DNA of 29,569 nt from a virus (lineage: Duplodnaviria > Caudoviricetes): positions 1-29,569 of IMG/VR virus record IMGVR_UViG_3300043603_000001. One strand, 5' to 3'. Shown here piece after piece: positions 9,201-18,390 of the stretch; positions within the stretch are counted from its first letter, which is position 1; every line of letters begins with the position of its first letter. The position numbers and the translations under genes are program-made. Under the pieces are notes generated by a model. The model made no database searches. It was not told the origin of the DNA and saw only the letters and a list, made by a program, of their open reading frames with translations.

Positions 9201-11176
9201 TTGAACAGAGTTATGACGGGCTTGGCATCTTCACGGAGATTGATCTTGCCGCGTTTGATCTGGTTTAGTTCGAATTCCGATGCTCGATCAGCTTCGCCAT
9301 GATCTCGTGATGCGAACTCATTTGCTTGGCGCTCTTCTTGCTCGGTCGCCCGGGCTTGCCCGCGGTCGCCAGCAGGTTCTTCGCCAGCGCGCGATGCTGA
9401 TCCGCCGACATTATCGTGGCCTGCGATTTCGCCATGGGCGCTTCTGCGGGCATCTAGCAATCCTTCGTGCCGGTCGTGATCTTCCATGATAGCACGTTCG
9501 AAGGCGGAATGCACGTCGCCGCCCTCTTTTTGAACGATCTCAACAACCCGATCCTCAATGGCCGGATCGATGTGCTGCCTTTTCCCGGTCGCGGTCTCTA
9601 CCTCGCGGTGCAGCGCGTCGAGAATAGAGTTGCGCTCCTCCTCGAGATTGACCTTGGCTTCTTTCGGAGCCTGACCGGTACGGTAATTCCGCTGGCCCCG
9701 GCTTTCTCCCGCGATCATGTCCTGAAGATCGTTCACGGACTTGGTGAGTTCACCTGACTTCCGCGTGGCGTCCTGTCCGACGTGCTGAATATCGTTCGGA
9801 TCGAGGATGTAGGAATGCTCCTTGGCCCGGGTCAGGGCCTCATCCAGCGTCAGCCCGCCGGGGCGAAGCAATGGACCAAACCCCGGAACGAACGGACCCT
9901 TCTTGTTGCCGAAGATCGAATGTAGGTCCGCAGTCGGCTTCAGCCCGCCTTCGCTGGCGAGAAATTCATACAGCGACCACGTTTGCGGATCAGCCGCCGC
10001 CCTGCCCCGCAAGGCGGTTTTCAACTCGGGGATGGTATCGATCGACTCGGCCGCGCCGCCATCCAGCGTTGGATTTGGGCCGCTTTCAACCGGGGCGGCA
10101 TCTCCCTCCGGCTTCAACGGCTCGGACCTGACCGGCGCTTTGCCATCGCCAGATCGAATATCGGCGCCTTCCGCCTTGTACAGTGCTTCCGCAGTGCCGA
10201 TCTCGCCATTGAACCGCTCCGCTCGGGACTGATAATGTGCTGCGACAATCTGCGCGGATGCATTGGCTTCGGCCTCTGGCCGGCCGGCCGCTACCAGCTT
10301 GCCAGCGACATCGGTCGCGATACCAGGTGCGGGTTGTTCGGCTTCAACAGGTGCGGCCTTAACCTCCGGGGCTGGCGTCTCTGCAGGCTTGGCTTCCATC
10401 GCGCCCGCCTCGCGCGGCTCAATGAACAGATCGACTGGGAATCCTGTCACGGGTTTTGGCGTAGCCAGCGGTGCGGCCGGCGCTTCGCTTGTCGTACCCG
10501 GTGCCGTTCCGAAGTATCCCTCTTCGCCAGCACCGATCACCTTTAGCTCGTTCGCCTTCGGAAGATCATGAGCGCTTAACGGATATTTCCAAGGTGCCGG
10601 CGGCATTCCCGTGGGATGCGGCGAGCCCATGAACGCTTCCGGCGCGGCTGCCAGTTCCTTGCCAAGCTTTTCGGTGCCGTCCAACCCTATCGCCTTCAGG
10701 CCCCTGTCAACGGGCGTACCACTTAACTCTTGACCGATCTGCGCAACCGCGCCTTGGGCTCCGGTGAACACTCCCGTCAGGCCTCGCCCGATGGCTTCAA
10801 CGTCGCGCAGCTCTCTTGTGAACTGGACGGCGGCAGGCCGGAACAGGGATTCATTGGCCGCCTTGACGATGCTGTTTTGTCCCTCGTTCCAGCTATCGAA
10901 GGTTTTGGAGATTTTAAGGCTGTCCTCGGCTTCTTTCGAAATCCGGCTCTGATCGTCCGCACCCCAACCATGTTTAAAACCCTGGCCAAAGGCATCCAGA
11001 ACACGCGCAACCGGATTGACCTCGGAGTTGCCAAAGATCAAATCCTGAATTGGGGACGTGCCAAGGGTCTGCCTGCGGTAGCGGTCGCGCTCGACCTGGG
11101 CCGGGAACAATTCATCGACCGACTTCGCCGGGAATAGCTGATCCACGTCTTGAGATTCGCCGGGTAAGGTTGCCAT
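6230..11176 (-). CDS. Large internal virion / DNA ejection protein (polyvalent type) with zincin-like metallopeptidase motif
   Basis: 1648 aa at the T7 gp16 position. ITLFKDANASTFIHETGHQWLE...HEKFARGFERY motif. Helical C-terminal half with hydrophobic segments. Confidence 0.75.
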   Translation of the reverse strand: MATLPGESQDVDQLFPAKSVDELFPAQVERDRYRRQTLGTSPIQDLIFGNSEVNPVARVLDAFGQGFKHGWGADDQSRISKEAEDSLKISKTFDSWNEGQNSIVKAANESLFRPAAVQFTRELRDVEAIGRGLTGVFTGAQGAVAQIGQELSGTPVDRGLKAIGLDGTEKLGKELAAAPEAFMGSPHPTGMPPAPWKYPLSAHDLPKANELKVIGAGEEGYFGTAPGTTSEAPAAPLATPKPVTGFPVDLFIEPREAGAMEAKPAETPAPEVKAAPVEAEQPAPGIATDVAGKLVAAGRPEAEANASAQIVAAHYQSRAERFNGEIGTAEALYKAEGADIRSGDGKAPVRSEPLKPEGDAAPVESGPNPTLDGGAAESIDTIPELKTALRGRAAADPQTWSLYEFLASEGGLKPTADLHSIFGNKKGPFVPGFGPLLRPGGLTLDEALTRAKEHSYILDPNDIQHVGQDATRKSGELTKSVNDLQDMIAGESRGQRNYRTGQAPKEAKVNLEEERNSILDALHREVETATGKRQHIDPAIEDRVVEIVQKEGGDVHSAFERAIMEDHDRHEGLLDARRSAHGEIAGHDNVGGSASRAGEEPAGDRGQARATEQEERQANEFASRDHGEADRASEFELNQIKRGKINLREDAKPVITLFKDANASTFIHETGHQWLEELMKDSEHPKAPAELKQDAITVLDWLGVQTAEQIKTSHHEKFARGFERYMMEGKAPTQALANVFAKFKDWLTRIYQTVTRLKSPINDEIRGVFDRLLTTKPEDVKIEPEGPAKTFADIHEADALNTPPEMAHPAAETITAERDSVAARHLPEDQNARLEDIRAKAERLSAGDSKPDGHADATGSIPGEAGNAEASGTVGTGGIEASGQSGGTPKVARTETPVSAHDKFPDKAGNIRLDNLNTTEELNQIIRQTAEDNGDFQNVRGPVSDAQVLDLAEAAGVDAAFIDSRQLGEAWTAPQIVALRRLLIQSAQSVHELAGKAAQGAEADVMAYAQAKARHQLIQERVSSVTAEAGRALRAFQSKFTDGVAGDVSDFLKEATGKTLFQLQQEAKFLSKLQTPQQTSKFITDTSKGTFRNAVLEYYINALISGPVTHSRYVVSNAINALWTPLVEVPIAAGIGKIREMGGATGERVHLGEAGAQLYGLVKGSRDGLSAAIEAFTSGVSPVLPSEKVSPHFAQANRAIPGKLGEVLNIPSKSVAAIHSFFKSLRYEQNVQALAYRTAAEEGLSGDAFANRVSDLTTSPTEAMMADATKNALKELYMSPTDYHSSIGGLVRFTNNFLPAKIIVPFMKIGSQITRNAFIERTPLGLLDKKVRADLSGEHGGAQIDFQSAKIAGGVALMGATVGMMAEGLMTGDGPEEPAKRAVWLLTHTPASIQIGDITFKYGNTGPLGMLMRFAANTYETAEHMGDKDMSALAVSFFEGFSKSVLDETFLRGFKDALDAMFHPKEYGGRYIKSQITNWIPWSVGMSQVARKIDPFQRETKGIWQAAQAKIPWLSERLMPRRDMFGEPMPNGGSIPDYASDPVIKAMDELHIGVGKIGKKIRGIDLTEEQYDDLARVAGRMAKTRLNAMVNIISNPSVPPATRIELIHNVISSSRESARTLVMMQNPGIIKQATDAKTAKLRGAETVH

Positions 11177-13291
11177 TTACTGGCTCACCGAAACTGCAAC
11201 TGGCGCACGTTTTGCCGCCCAACCATTATCTATCGCCATCTGGTCAGCCGTCGCCTTCGAAACTTTTCCAGAACGATAAGCAGAGACAAGATCATCGAGA
11301 GACTTCACCTTTTTGATATCGAAAGATTGCACCGACTCGCCCTTGTGAACCGGAGAGTCTTGAACGACATCGCCGAACCATTGATCCGTCGGACGTTTGA
11401 AGCCCGAGCCTTCGGCAGTAATGACCTTGCCGACATAATCTGGACTGTCAGGATTGAGCAGTTGAACTGCAGACTTTCCGGCCTTGCGCGCTTCGTCATA
11501 GGCAGGCAAGGCATATGCGAGGAACTTCAGATAAAGCAGATCGCCCTTCGGGTCTTTGATGTGGAGACCCTCGTCGCTTCCGCTGATCTGCGCCTTAGCG
11601 TTCGCCAAGAACTGTTTCTTCATCTCAGATTCGGCCACGCCTTCCGGCGACTTGCGGGACTGAATTTCATTGACCAGTTTATCGACGCCGGCAACGGTCA
11701 AATCGCCCTTCGGACCAACGCGCTTGTAAAGTTCGGTCGGATCGGTGATGCGCCCCGGCGTCCCTTCCGGGGAATGCACCAACTGGTAGGCATCATAAAA
11801 GCCGTGGCCGTACGTCTTGTCGGCTTTCGAGTTCGAGTCCGTCAAAGCCTGCTGCGCCTTGACGATCATGCGTTCCTTGGCCTCGCGGGTCAGGGCAGGA
11901 TCGTTGACGATGGATTTTGCCGTCGTCGTGGGAGTGTCGCTGTAGAGGTCTTTCAGTAACTCATTCTCGCGACTGTCCGATGCGTCCTTGATCTGCTGTG
12001 TTTGTAACTGCGTCCGGCGCGCCCCGTCTATTCCGTTGGCTGCTACCGTTTCGGTCGCGGTATGCAGCATCTCCACCCGTTTATCTTCCGGAATGAAGTC
12101 GATCAGATCGCCTTTGCCCTTTGGGGAGCCGCCCATCTTTTGAGAGGCCCACGCGGCAACCGTATCGACCGTCTTTCCTTGCAGAACAGATTTGTTCGCA
12201 GCGACTGCCTCGGGACTGACGATATCGGAAACCGGCGTGCCGGGCTTTGCGCTCAGAACTCTTGCGGCATCACCAACGCCGAGAAAATGCGCGAGGTACA
12301 GATTTGACGGCGTTGGTGCGATGCCCTGATTGCGCAGCACCGCGGCGTTGTCGTCGGTCAGATATCCCGCCATCTCACGGGACAGTTTCGGATCGGCCCT
12401 TAGATCGAGGACTGCTTTTGTGGTGCGGCCGTTCAACAAGTCCGGACGATGCGCTTCTACCGTATCGAGCCACGTCTTGTCGATAAACTGAAAGTTTCCC
12501 ATCGCCGTGGAGTTAGGATTGCGCGCCGCAGGATTGCCGGTCGCGTTCTCAACTCCGCCGATGCGATCCAGAACAGCATCCCGGCCCTGAATAGTCGGGC
12601 TGAGAATTTTAATCTGTTCTTCGGCCGGACGCATCTGCACATAGCCAACGGCATAATCCTGCGTCCATTGAGTCCGGTACTTCTGCGCTGTTACGGCATC
12701 AATGTACCCGGCCTTTTGCAATCCGGAGATTTGATCGTTGGTGGCCTGAATAAAAGACGCCCTCGCCGCAGGATCGTTTGCCTGCAGCGCTGTTTTCAAA
12801 GCGGCGGCGTGAATATCTAGCGCCCCAGCAATGGCATGGGTCTGCTCTAACTCGTCCGTTTTGTCCGTTACGGCTAAAATATGCCCCGCAACAGTCGGTG
12901 CGGCTTTGATTGTCCACAATTCGCGCTGGCGCGGATTGGTAATATAAGCAGCAGCATCATCCGCAGCCTTTTGATAGCGCGGAGCATATTTTTCTTGCAG
13001 CCCGGTTGGGTCGGTTTCGTCTGCGAGTTCGTGGTCAATCTGCTTGGTATTAATAAGGTGCGTTGCGTTGGCATTCGCGTGATCGAGCTCGTCGGTTCTG
13101 GCGTTCTCGTTGATCTGTACCGCCTGCACGTCCTTGACCGCGGACGATACGCCCTTGCCGATATCCGAAACACCACCCCCGAACGCAGCCGCGCCGCGCG
13201 CGTATCCCGTCGTGTCATATGTAGCGATCGGCCGTCCGGAGTTCGCCGATGGCAGGCCACCAAGGGCTGTGGAATCGGGCAGGACTGCCAT
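11177..13291 (-). CDS. Internal virion / ejection protein with lytic transglycosylase (lysozyme-like) domain
   Basis: IGGVENATGNPAARNPNSTAMGNFQFIDKTW...LYLAHFLG motifs in a helical 704-aa protein at the gp15-like position. Confidence 0.8.
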   Translation of the reverse strand: MAVLPDSTALGGLPSANSGRPIATYDTTGYARGAAAFGGGVSDIGKGVSSAVKDVQAVQINENARTDELDHANANATHLINTKQIDHELADETDPTGLQEKYAPRYQKAADDAAAYITNPRQRELWTIKAAPTVAGHILAVTDKTDELEQTHAIAGALDIHAAALKTALQANDPAARASFIQATNDQISGLQKAGYIDAVTAQKYRTQWTQDYAVGYVQMRPAEEQIKILSPTIQGRDAVLDRIGGVENATGNPAARNPNSTAMGNFQFIDKTWLDTVEAHRPDLLNGRTTKAVLDLRADPKLSREMAGYLTDDNAAVLRNQGIAPTPSNLYLAHFLGVGDAARVLSAKPGTPVSDIVSPEAVAANKSVLQGKTVDTVAAWASQKMGGSPKGKGDLIDFIPEDKRVEMLHTATETVAANGIDGARRTQLQTQQIKDASDSRENELLKDLYSDTPTTTAKSIVNDPALTREAKERMIVKAQQALTDSNSKADKTYGHGFYDAYQLVHSPEGTPGRITDPTELYKRVGPKGDLTVAGVDKLVNEIQSRKSPEGVAESEMKKQFLANAKAQISGSDEGLHIKDPKGDLLYLKFLAYALPAYDEARKAGKSAVQLLNPDSPDYVGKVITAEGSGFKRPTDQWFGDVVQDSPVHKGESVQSFDIKKVKSLDDLVSAYRSGKVSKATADQMAIDNGWAAKRAPVAVSVSQ

Positions 13292-13842
13292 TAGCCGTAT
13301 GCGATCTGATCAAGTGAGCGAGTGTCTTTCTTCGAACCCGAATTATAAATCTTGTATGCCGAACCGGCTGACCCGATCAGCGTGCCCGCAGCCGACAGAT
13401 AGGATGCCTTCTGTTTCGCATCGCCTTCCGCGGCCGCAGCGTCCCCGGTCAGTCTTGACCCAATCGCCTCATCCTGCAGCCCGCGAGCCCTGTTTTCCCC
13501 CTTGTACATATCGAGCAGGCTTTCGTATTCGCCACGGCCCGCAATGTCGCCGGCAAGACTGAGCACACCCGGATCGGACGCCCCGCCACCTGAAGAAGCG
13601 GCATTGGCCTGCAGCTTGGACAACACCAGCGTGGTCTGCCGCCCCTTGTCCAACGCTTCACGCTGAGACGCAGCCCGGCTTTCCTGCGCGGCCATGTCCT
13701 CTTGCGTGGCCTTGAAGTATTGCGCCTGCTGCGAGGCCGAGCCGGCATCCGCAGCGGCATTGCCGCCCATGATCGTGCCGGCGGCTTGAAGCCCGCCGCT
13801 AAGACCTGTCAATGCCGTAGTTAGTGCGGTTATGCCCCCCAT
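13291..13842 (-). CDS. Small internal virion / ejection protein (T7 gp14-like position)
   Basis: Gly/Ala-rich N- and C-terminal helices, QANAASSGGG central motif, synteny. Its stop overlaps the next start (TAATG). Confidence 0.7.
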   Translation of the reverse strand: MGGITALTTALTGLSGGLQAAGTIMGGNAAADAGSASQQAQYFKATQEDMAAQESRAASQREALDKGRQTTLVLSKLQANAASSGGGASDPGVLSLAGDIAGRGEYESLLDMYKGENRARGLQDEAIGSRLTGDAAAAEGDAKQKASYLSAAGTLIGSAGSAYKIYNSGSKKDTRSLDQIAYG

Positions 13843-13843
13843 G

Positions 13844-14233
13844 TCAGTTAGAAGCCTCCCACACCCAAGCCTTCTCGCCCTCGACCATGACTTGCTTGAA
13901 TCCCAATCGCGCCAGCCAGCGTTCCGCGGCCGGATTTGTCTTTTCAGCTAAAGCCACAACCCGTCTAAATCCCGCAGCCTTCGCTTCTGCCATCGCCATC
14001 AGCCCGGCTCTGTGAAGTGCGACCTTGTATCGTTCCGCGCCCGGCGCCTTCAGGACAAAAGCTGCGATGGTATCTTGCGGCTGGTAGGCAAACCCGCCCA
14101 CTCCCAACAGCTTGCCCTCGTGATCCTCAACCGCGAACGCGCGAATACGATACGGTAACGGCTCGGATATCAGTTGATCGATGTCAGCCCGGGTTGCCGG
14201 ACGGATCACGGGCAGGCTCAAGACGTTGGTCAC
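13844..14233 (-). CDS. GNAT-fold acetyltransferase-like protein (T7 gp13-like position)
   Basis: IRPATRAD, GKLLGVGGF and NPAAERWLARLGF motifs. Start reassigned to GTG 14233, which overlaps the upstream stop (GTGA); 129 aa. Confidence 0.7.
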   Translation of the reverse strand: MTNVLSLPVIRPATRADIDQLISEPLPYRIRAFAVEDHEGKLLGVGGFAYQPQDTIAAFVLKAPGAERYKVALHRAGLMAMAEAKAAGFRRVVALAEKTNPAAERWLARLGFKQVMVEGEKAWVWEASN

Positions 14234-16962
14234 TCGTGTGTCGTGATATCGACAACTGCCGCCAGCACCATTGCGGGCCGCGGTGCCGTGGCCCGAAGAT
14301 GCAATCGCGCGTCGGTATCCCAACTCCCGGGGACAGTAATCAGCGGTTCGTCGTAATCTTCCCAGACGATATTGATGTCGAGATTTTCCCCATCTTCAAC
14401 CAGGGGCATGGCGTCCATCACATCGAACGACTGGCCGTATTCAAGGCCCTGCACATGCGTGTTTGCGAGGATAAGACCGACCCGATCGATCTTCTTCTTT
14501 TGATTGAGGGCTGTGCCCATCTGGGCCGCGTAGGCGAGCTTTGCGGACTTGAACGTGGCAGAGTAGCCCGCCCCGACACACGCATCGGTGACCGCGCTAG
14601 ACAGCCCGGCTATCTCCCCACCCGATACGGTGAACACGCCTAAATCCCTGCCGATGATCTGTGTTGATCCGTCCGGCAAGGTGGCGGTGAACGGCGTGAC
14701 CGTATTCCAGCCCCACACCACGACTTCTTGGCCCTCCGCATGATCCAGCCCGTCAATCGTGGTGGTTGCCGCGCCCGAATACATCACATGGCTGTCGGCA
14801 AGACGGCCTTCCGGCAAGCCATAGCACTGATCGCGGCGGGCCATCTTTTCCAGAAAGCGCTTCGGCGAATTGCCGTAAAAGCGCTGCACGACGTAGTAGA
14901 CCCGATTTTCCAGCGCCCCGGGAAGGATGGCGACGTTTTCGATCTCGCCAGCGGTATCGACGCGCCACCACGCTTCGACCGAATCCTCCTTGTCATGAAG
15001 CAACGCTGCAACCTGCCCGTCGCCGCGGATGAAATGCAGTTGGGTATCCGGCTGTCTCTGCACCGCAAGATCGACAAAGCCCTCCAAGCCAATGTCCGGA
15101 TTAAGCCTGGTCAAATCGTGCGGGTTATAGTCTTGGCTTTCGACGCTAAAGCCGAGTTCGAAAGCCCTGCGGTTGGACTGTTGAACAAAAACCCCGCTGG
15201 TATCGATCTTGACCGCGGCGATCGGCGCCGAGCCTTGGGTCGAACAATCCTTCAGCGTGAAATTCGTCGGCGTCAACGGCTGGTCGAACGAGCCTGACCT
15301 GACCGAAGTCTCCGCGCCTTGCCGGCCGACGATCAATCGTGACAGGTCGAGCAGCCATTCAATTCGATCCACCGGACCAAAGCCCACCGAGCGATTGATC
15401 GGCCCGGCATCGCCGACCGTATCGATGTTGAAACTGTAATACGCATCCGAGACCGAGCCCCAAATCCGGTCCCGTCCCGCAAACCACAACCTGCCATCGT
15501 GAAACCTCAAAGCCGAGGGCCAGCCGACAAGATCGCTCCAATCGCCTTCGCTCCAATCCGTCGTTGGCGTCAAGCTGGAAAACGCGGTCAGGACTTCGAC
15601 ATTCGCCACCGTGCGAGACGCGTAGCTCGTAACCCTTGCAATACCCGCAGCGCCACCCCCGCCATATGTCAGGGCAAGCACCGCCGTTCCGCTGGTATAG
15701 TTTCCCGACCTGATGCCGAGCCGGTACCAGATGATTGAGTTGTCGAGACTGTCGGTATAGGGCTTGGTGACGTTCGAAGTGAACGCCTCAACGTCGGTAA
15801 ATCCTGCGGAGTCGGAGAGCAGCGAGCGCTGCAGCACAATCGACGCGACCCACGTCCCCGTGATCGCAAGATTGAAGGTCCGGTCTGCTCCCACTCCCGT
15901 AACGCGAATGGCAGCCCCGAATGTTTCCTGAGCCGCGACGCTGTCGTTGGTGGTCTGGCCCGACGAGAACAGCCGGAACAGCGCCCCGACATGGTCCGGC
16001 CTGAAATAATCCCGGCTCGCCGTCAATGTAGTATTGCCAGAAATAGCGGCCGGCGTGAACGTTATGTCGGTCGGGTTTGAGCTCTGGAACGGTCCGTCGT
16101 CGGATTTGTAAAGCGCGACCGACCACGAATTGACGCCTCTGCGCTCGATCTTCCTTTGCTGCTTGCCCTGACAGGCGACGAATACGATATCGCCGGACTG
16201 CGTATAGCGCACATTCGGCAAGTCATCATCGGTCCATATCGTGGGCAACACCAAAGCGCCCGCCGTGTCGATCGATATTTCCGACACGATCTTTAGTTGG
16301 GCTGTGATGGTCTCGACCTGAAGATAAACCGTTCCGCCGGTCGGGATAAACGCGAGCGAATGAATGCCGGTGTCCAGCGTCGTTTCGCTGATGTAGTCGT
16401 CGAGCCCATCGGAGGTCCCGGCCCGAAACCTGACCGGGCCTCGCGTGATGGTGATCCTGAAACCATGACGAACGTTTTGGTCACCTGAGGCTATCGTGAT
16501 GCTTCGCTTGGCCTGCGCAAGCCCTCCTGCGACCGGAGAGGCCATCTGAAGCGCACCGCCGGAAATGGTGGACACCGCGCCCGACCCGGTCGCGACAAAT
16601 GTCCAGCCGACACTTGACCCGAACGTCCCGTTCGGGACCGTCGTCGATACCGCCGGCCTTATGACCAGCGTTTCAGTATCTCCGGAAACCGTCCAGATGC
16701 GCATTCCAGTGTCGGTCAACTCAAGCAACGCCAGATCGTCATTCGAGAAAATGAACGGCAGAATCCGGCACACAAGATCGGCGCGAATCTCCCCGCAGTA
16801 TTGCAGGCCGGGACGAAGCATCATCGGGCCTAATACCCAAGGTGCCCAATTGATCTGCTCTTCCGCAGACAACCGCATCCGCTCGACATCGACGCGGGCC
16901 ATGGCATAGCGTGAGACCTCCCCGCGATTGAACGAGAGGAGCGGCGCGTGTTGCTTTCCCAT
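14230..16962 (-). CDS. Tail tubular protein B / nozzle
   Basis: 910 aa starting SFNRGEVS, with RPGLQY, YTQSGD and GWPSALRFHDGRLWFAG motifs of podovirus nozzle proteins. Follows tubular A. Confidence 0.88.
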   Translation of the reverse strand: MGKQHAPLLSFNRGEVSRYAMARVDVERMRLSAEEQINWAPWVLGPMMLRPGLQYCGEIRADLVCRILPFIFSNDDLALLELTDTGMRIWTVSGDTETLVIRPAVSTTVPNGTFGSSVGWTFVATGSGAVSTISGGALQMASPVAGGLAQAKRSITIASGDQNVRHGFRITITRGPVRFRAGTSDGLDDYISETTLDTGIHSLAFIPTGGTVYLQVETITAQLKIVSEISIDTAGALVLPTIWTDDDLPNVRYTQSGDIVFVACQGKQQRKIERRGVNSWSVALYKSDDGPFQSSNPTDITFTPAAISGNTTLTASRDYFRPDHVGALFRLFSSGQTTNDSVAAQETFGAAIRVTGVGADRTFNLAITGTWVASIVLQRSLLSDSAGFTDVEAFTSNVTKPYTDSLDNSIIWYRLGIRSGNYTSGTAVLALTYGGGGAAGIARVTSYASRTVANVEVLTAFSSLTPTTDWSEGDWSDLVGWPSALRFHDGRLWFAGRDRIWGSVSDAYYSFNIDTVGDAGPINRSVGFGPVDRIEWLLDLSRLIVGRQGAETSVRSGSFDQPLTPTNFTLKDCSTQGSAPIAAVKIDTSGVFVQQSNRRAFELGFSVESQDYNPHDLTRLNPDIGLEGFVDLAVQRQPDTQLHFIRGDGQVAALLHDKEDSVEAWWRVDTAGEIENVAILPGALENRVYYVVQRFYGNSPKRFLEKMARRDQCYGLPEGRLADSHVMYSGAATTTIDGLDHAEGQEVVVWGWNTVTPFTATLPDGSTQIIGRDLGVFTVSGGEIAGLSSAVTDACVGAGYSATFKSAKLAYAAQMGTALNQKKKIDRVGLILANTHVQGLEYGQSFDVMDAMPLVEDGENLDINIVWEDYDEPLITVPGSWDTDARLHLRATAPRPAMVLAAVVDITTHE

Positions 16963-17588
16963 CAGGTGAACGGGTCATCCCGGCGCGAGCCGGAGTTAAA
17001 GCTTCGCCTCGCCTGTACCCACGTCCCGGTCGGAGGAAAACCGGGCGGCTCGTTCATGGCATCCTTGGCTCGCGCATCCATGCGGGCCTTCTTCTCGCCC
17101 TTGACCAGATCGTCCGATGGTTCCTTGCCCGTGATCCGCTTGCACGTCTTGAGCGCAAGCCGCATCGCGACGTAATCGGCGAACGTCTCCGACCACAGCG
17201 AAAGGTCTTTGCCATAAGCCGTGTCGTTGGAAACGTATTTGACATAAAGCGGATCGCAGTTGGCGTACCAGTAGCCGGGCTCATCGGTGATATCGAGCAG
17301 CGGAGGCTCAAGCTGCTCGGATTGCGACTGTCGGTACATGCGAATGAAATCGCCGGGCTTGACGAACGCGAAACTATATCCGAACGTCGGAACGACGCTC
17401 GCGGACGAGTCGATCTGTACCGTCCGCATTGCGAAGTTCCAGTAGCCCTGCTCAAGGCAGTAATCCACCGCCTTGTCGTAGGCGTCGTCCAATGCCCGGC
17501 GTGGCTCCCGGTTCTCTGACAACGACGCAAGTTTCCGCTCCCCGAGATTGAGCAGCGCGTCGTTGTAAAGTTCCAGTTTCGCAGTCAC
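16962..17588 (-). CDS. Tail tubular protein A / head-tail adaptor
   Basis: LYNDALLNLGE..., WNFA, FGYSFAFVKPGDFIR motifs. Size and position fit. Confidence 0.85.
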   Translation of the reverse strand: MTAKLELYNDALLNLGERKLASLSENREPRRALDDAYDKAVDYCLEQGYWNFAMRTVQIDSSASVVPTFGYSFAFVKPGDFIRMYRQSQSEQLEPPLLDITDEPGYWYANCDPLYVKYVSNDTAYGKDLSLWSETFADYVAMRLALKTCKRITGKEPSDDLVKGEKKARMDARAKDAMNEPPGFPPTGTWVQARRSFNSGSRRDDPFT

Positions 17589-18056
17589 TTACGCTGCGAC
17601 CTTCATCTTGGCCATGTGATCGGCGATCCACTCGACGGCCTTGTCCTTGGTCTGGAATCCGCCGGTCATGACCTGGTTGTCGGCCTTGCGCAGCACTTCA
17701 TGCAACCGCTTGCCGACGTTCCAGCGCGTGATGAACGGCACATCGTCAGGAACATCCGTCACCTTCGGCTCGTAGGCGCGGATCGGCTCGACCTTGACAT
17801 AGCCGGGGCCAATCTCGGTCACGATCAGTTCGGCATAAAGCCCGGTATCGCGCTTGCGCACTTCGATGATATCGCCGCGACCGCGCGTCTTGTCGTGGCC
17901 CATGATCTGAGCCGACAGGTTCGCCCAGAACGCGGGCAACAGCGCGTCGTCGATGGTTTGGGTTTCATCCAATTCAGCCGACCAGCGGTTGAACTTGAAC
18001 GAGGCGACGCCGAAATTTCGGTCGGCAAGTTTTGCAGCCTTGGTGGGTTCGGTCAT
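17589..18056 (-). CDS. Hypothetical phage protein (155 aa)
   Basis: Likely start ATG 18056 (MTEPTK...). The longer track ORF runs through a terminator and overlaps the upstream gene. Abuts tubular A. Confidence 0.65.
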   Translation of the reverse strand: MTEPTKAAKLADRNFGVASFKFNRWSAELDETQTIDDALLPAFWANLSAQIMGHDKTRGRGDIIEVRKRDTGLYAELIVTEIGPGYVKVEPIRAYEPKVTDVPDDVPFITRWNVGKRLHEVLRKADNQVMTGGFQTKDKAVEWIADHMAKMKVAA

Positions 18057-18072
18057 GTCAAGCCTTTGAGAG

Positions 18073-18102
18073 AAAAAGGCGGGCAGCACCATGCCGCCCG
18101 CC
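18073..18102 (-). terminator. Intrinsic terminator after the capsid genes
   Basis: Minus strand GGCGGGCGGCA-TGG-TGCTGCCCGCC-TTTTT. Position analogous to the post-capsid terminator of T7. Confidence 0.8.
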
Positions 18103-18111
18103 CGTCGTGGT

Positions 18112-18378
18112 TTAAGTGATCGCAGTCGGGGCCTGCACGGTCGCGGCGGCGCCGGACACGGACAGGACCTGATAGCGCTTGTATTTCGGGGTGGCGGTCT
18201 GAGCGACATCGACGATGTCACCCTTCCGCATTCCGAGGGTCACGCCGGTCGCGAAGTAGCCCGCACCGACGAGAGTAGCGTCGCTCTCGACGGCGGTATC
18301 CGTGTAGACAAAGATACGGATGCCTTGAGCGCCAACCCCGTTGTGCAACAGGGAGATATTGTCAGCAACGTATGCCAT
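18112..18378 (-). CDS. Small virion protein, probable capsid decoration/cement
   Basis: 88 aa, beta-rich (AGYF..., MRKGDIVDV). AAGGA RBS. Lies directly after the major capsid gene and before the terminator. Confidence 0.6.
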   Translation of the reverse strand: MAYVADNISLLHNGVGAQGIRIFVYTDTAVESDATLVGAGYFATGVTLGMRKGDIVDVAQTATPKYKRYQVLSVSGAAATVQAPTAIT

Positions 18379-18390
18379 GTGTCCGTTTCC

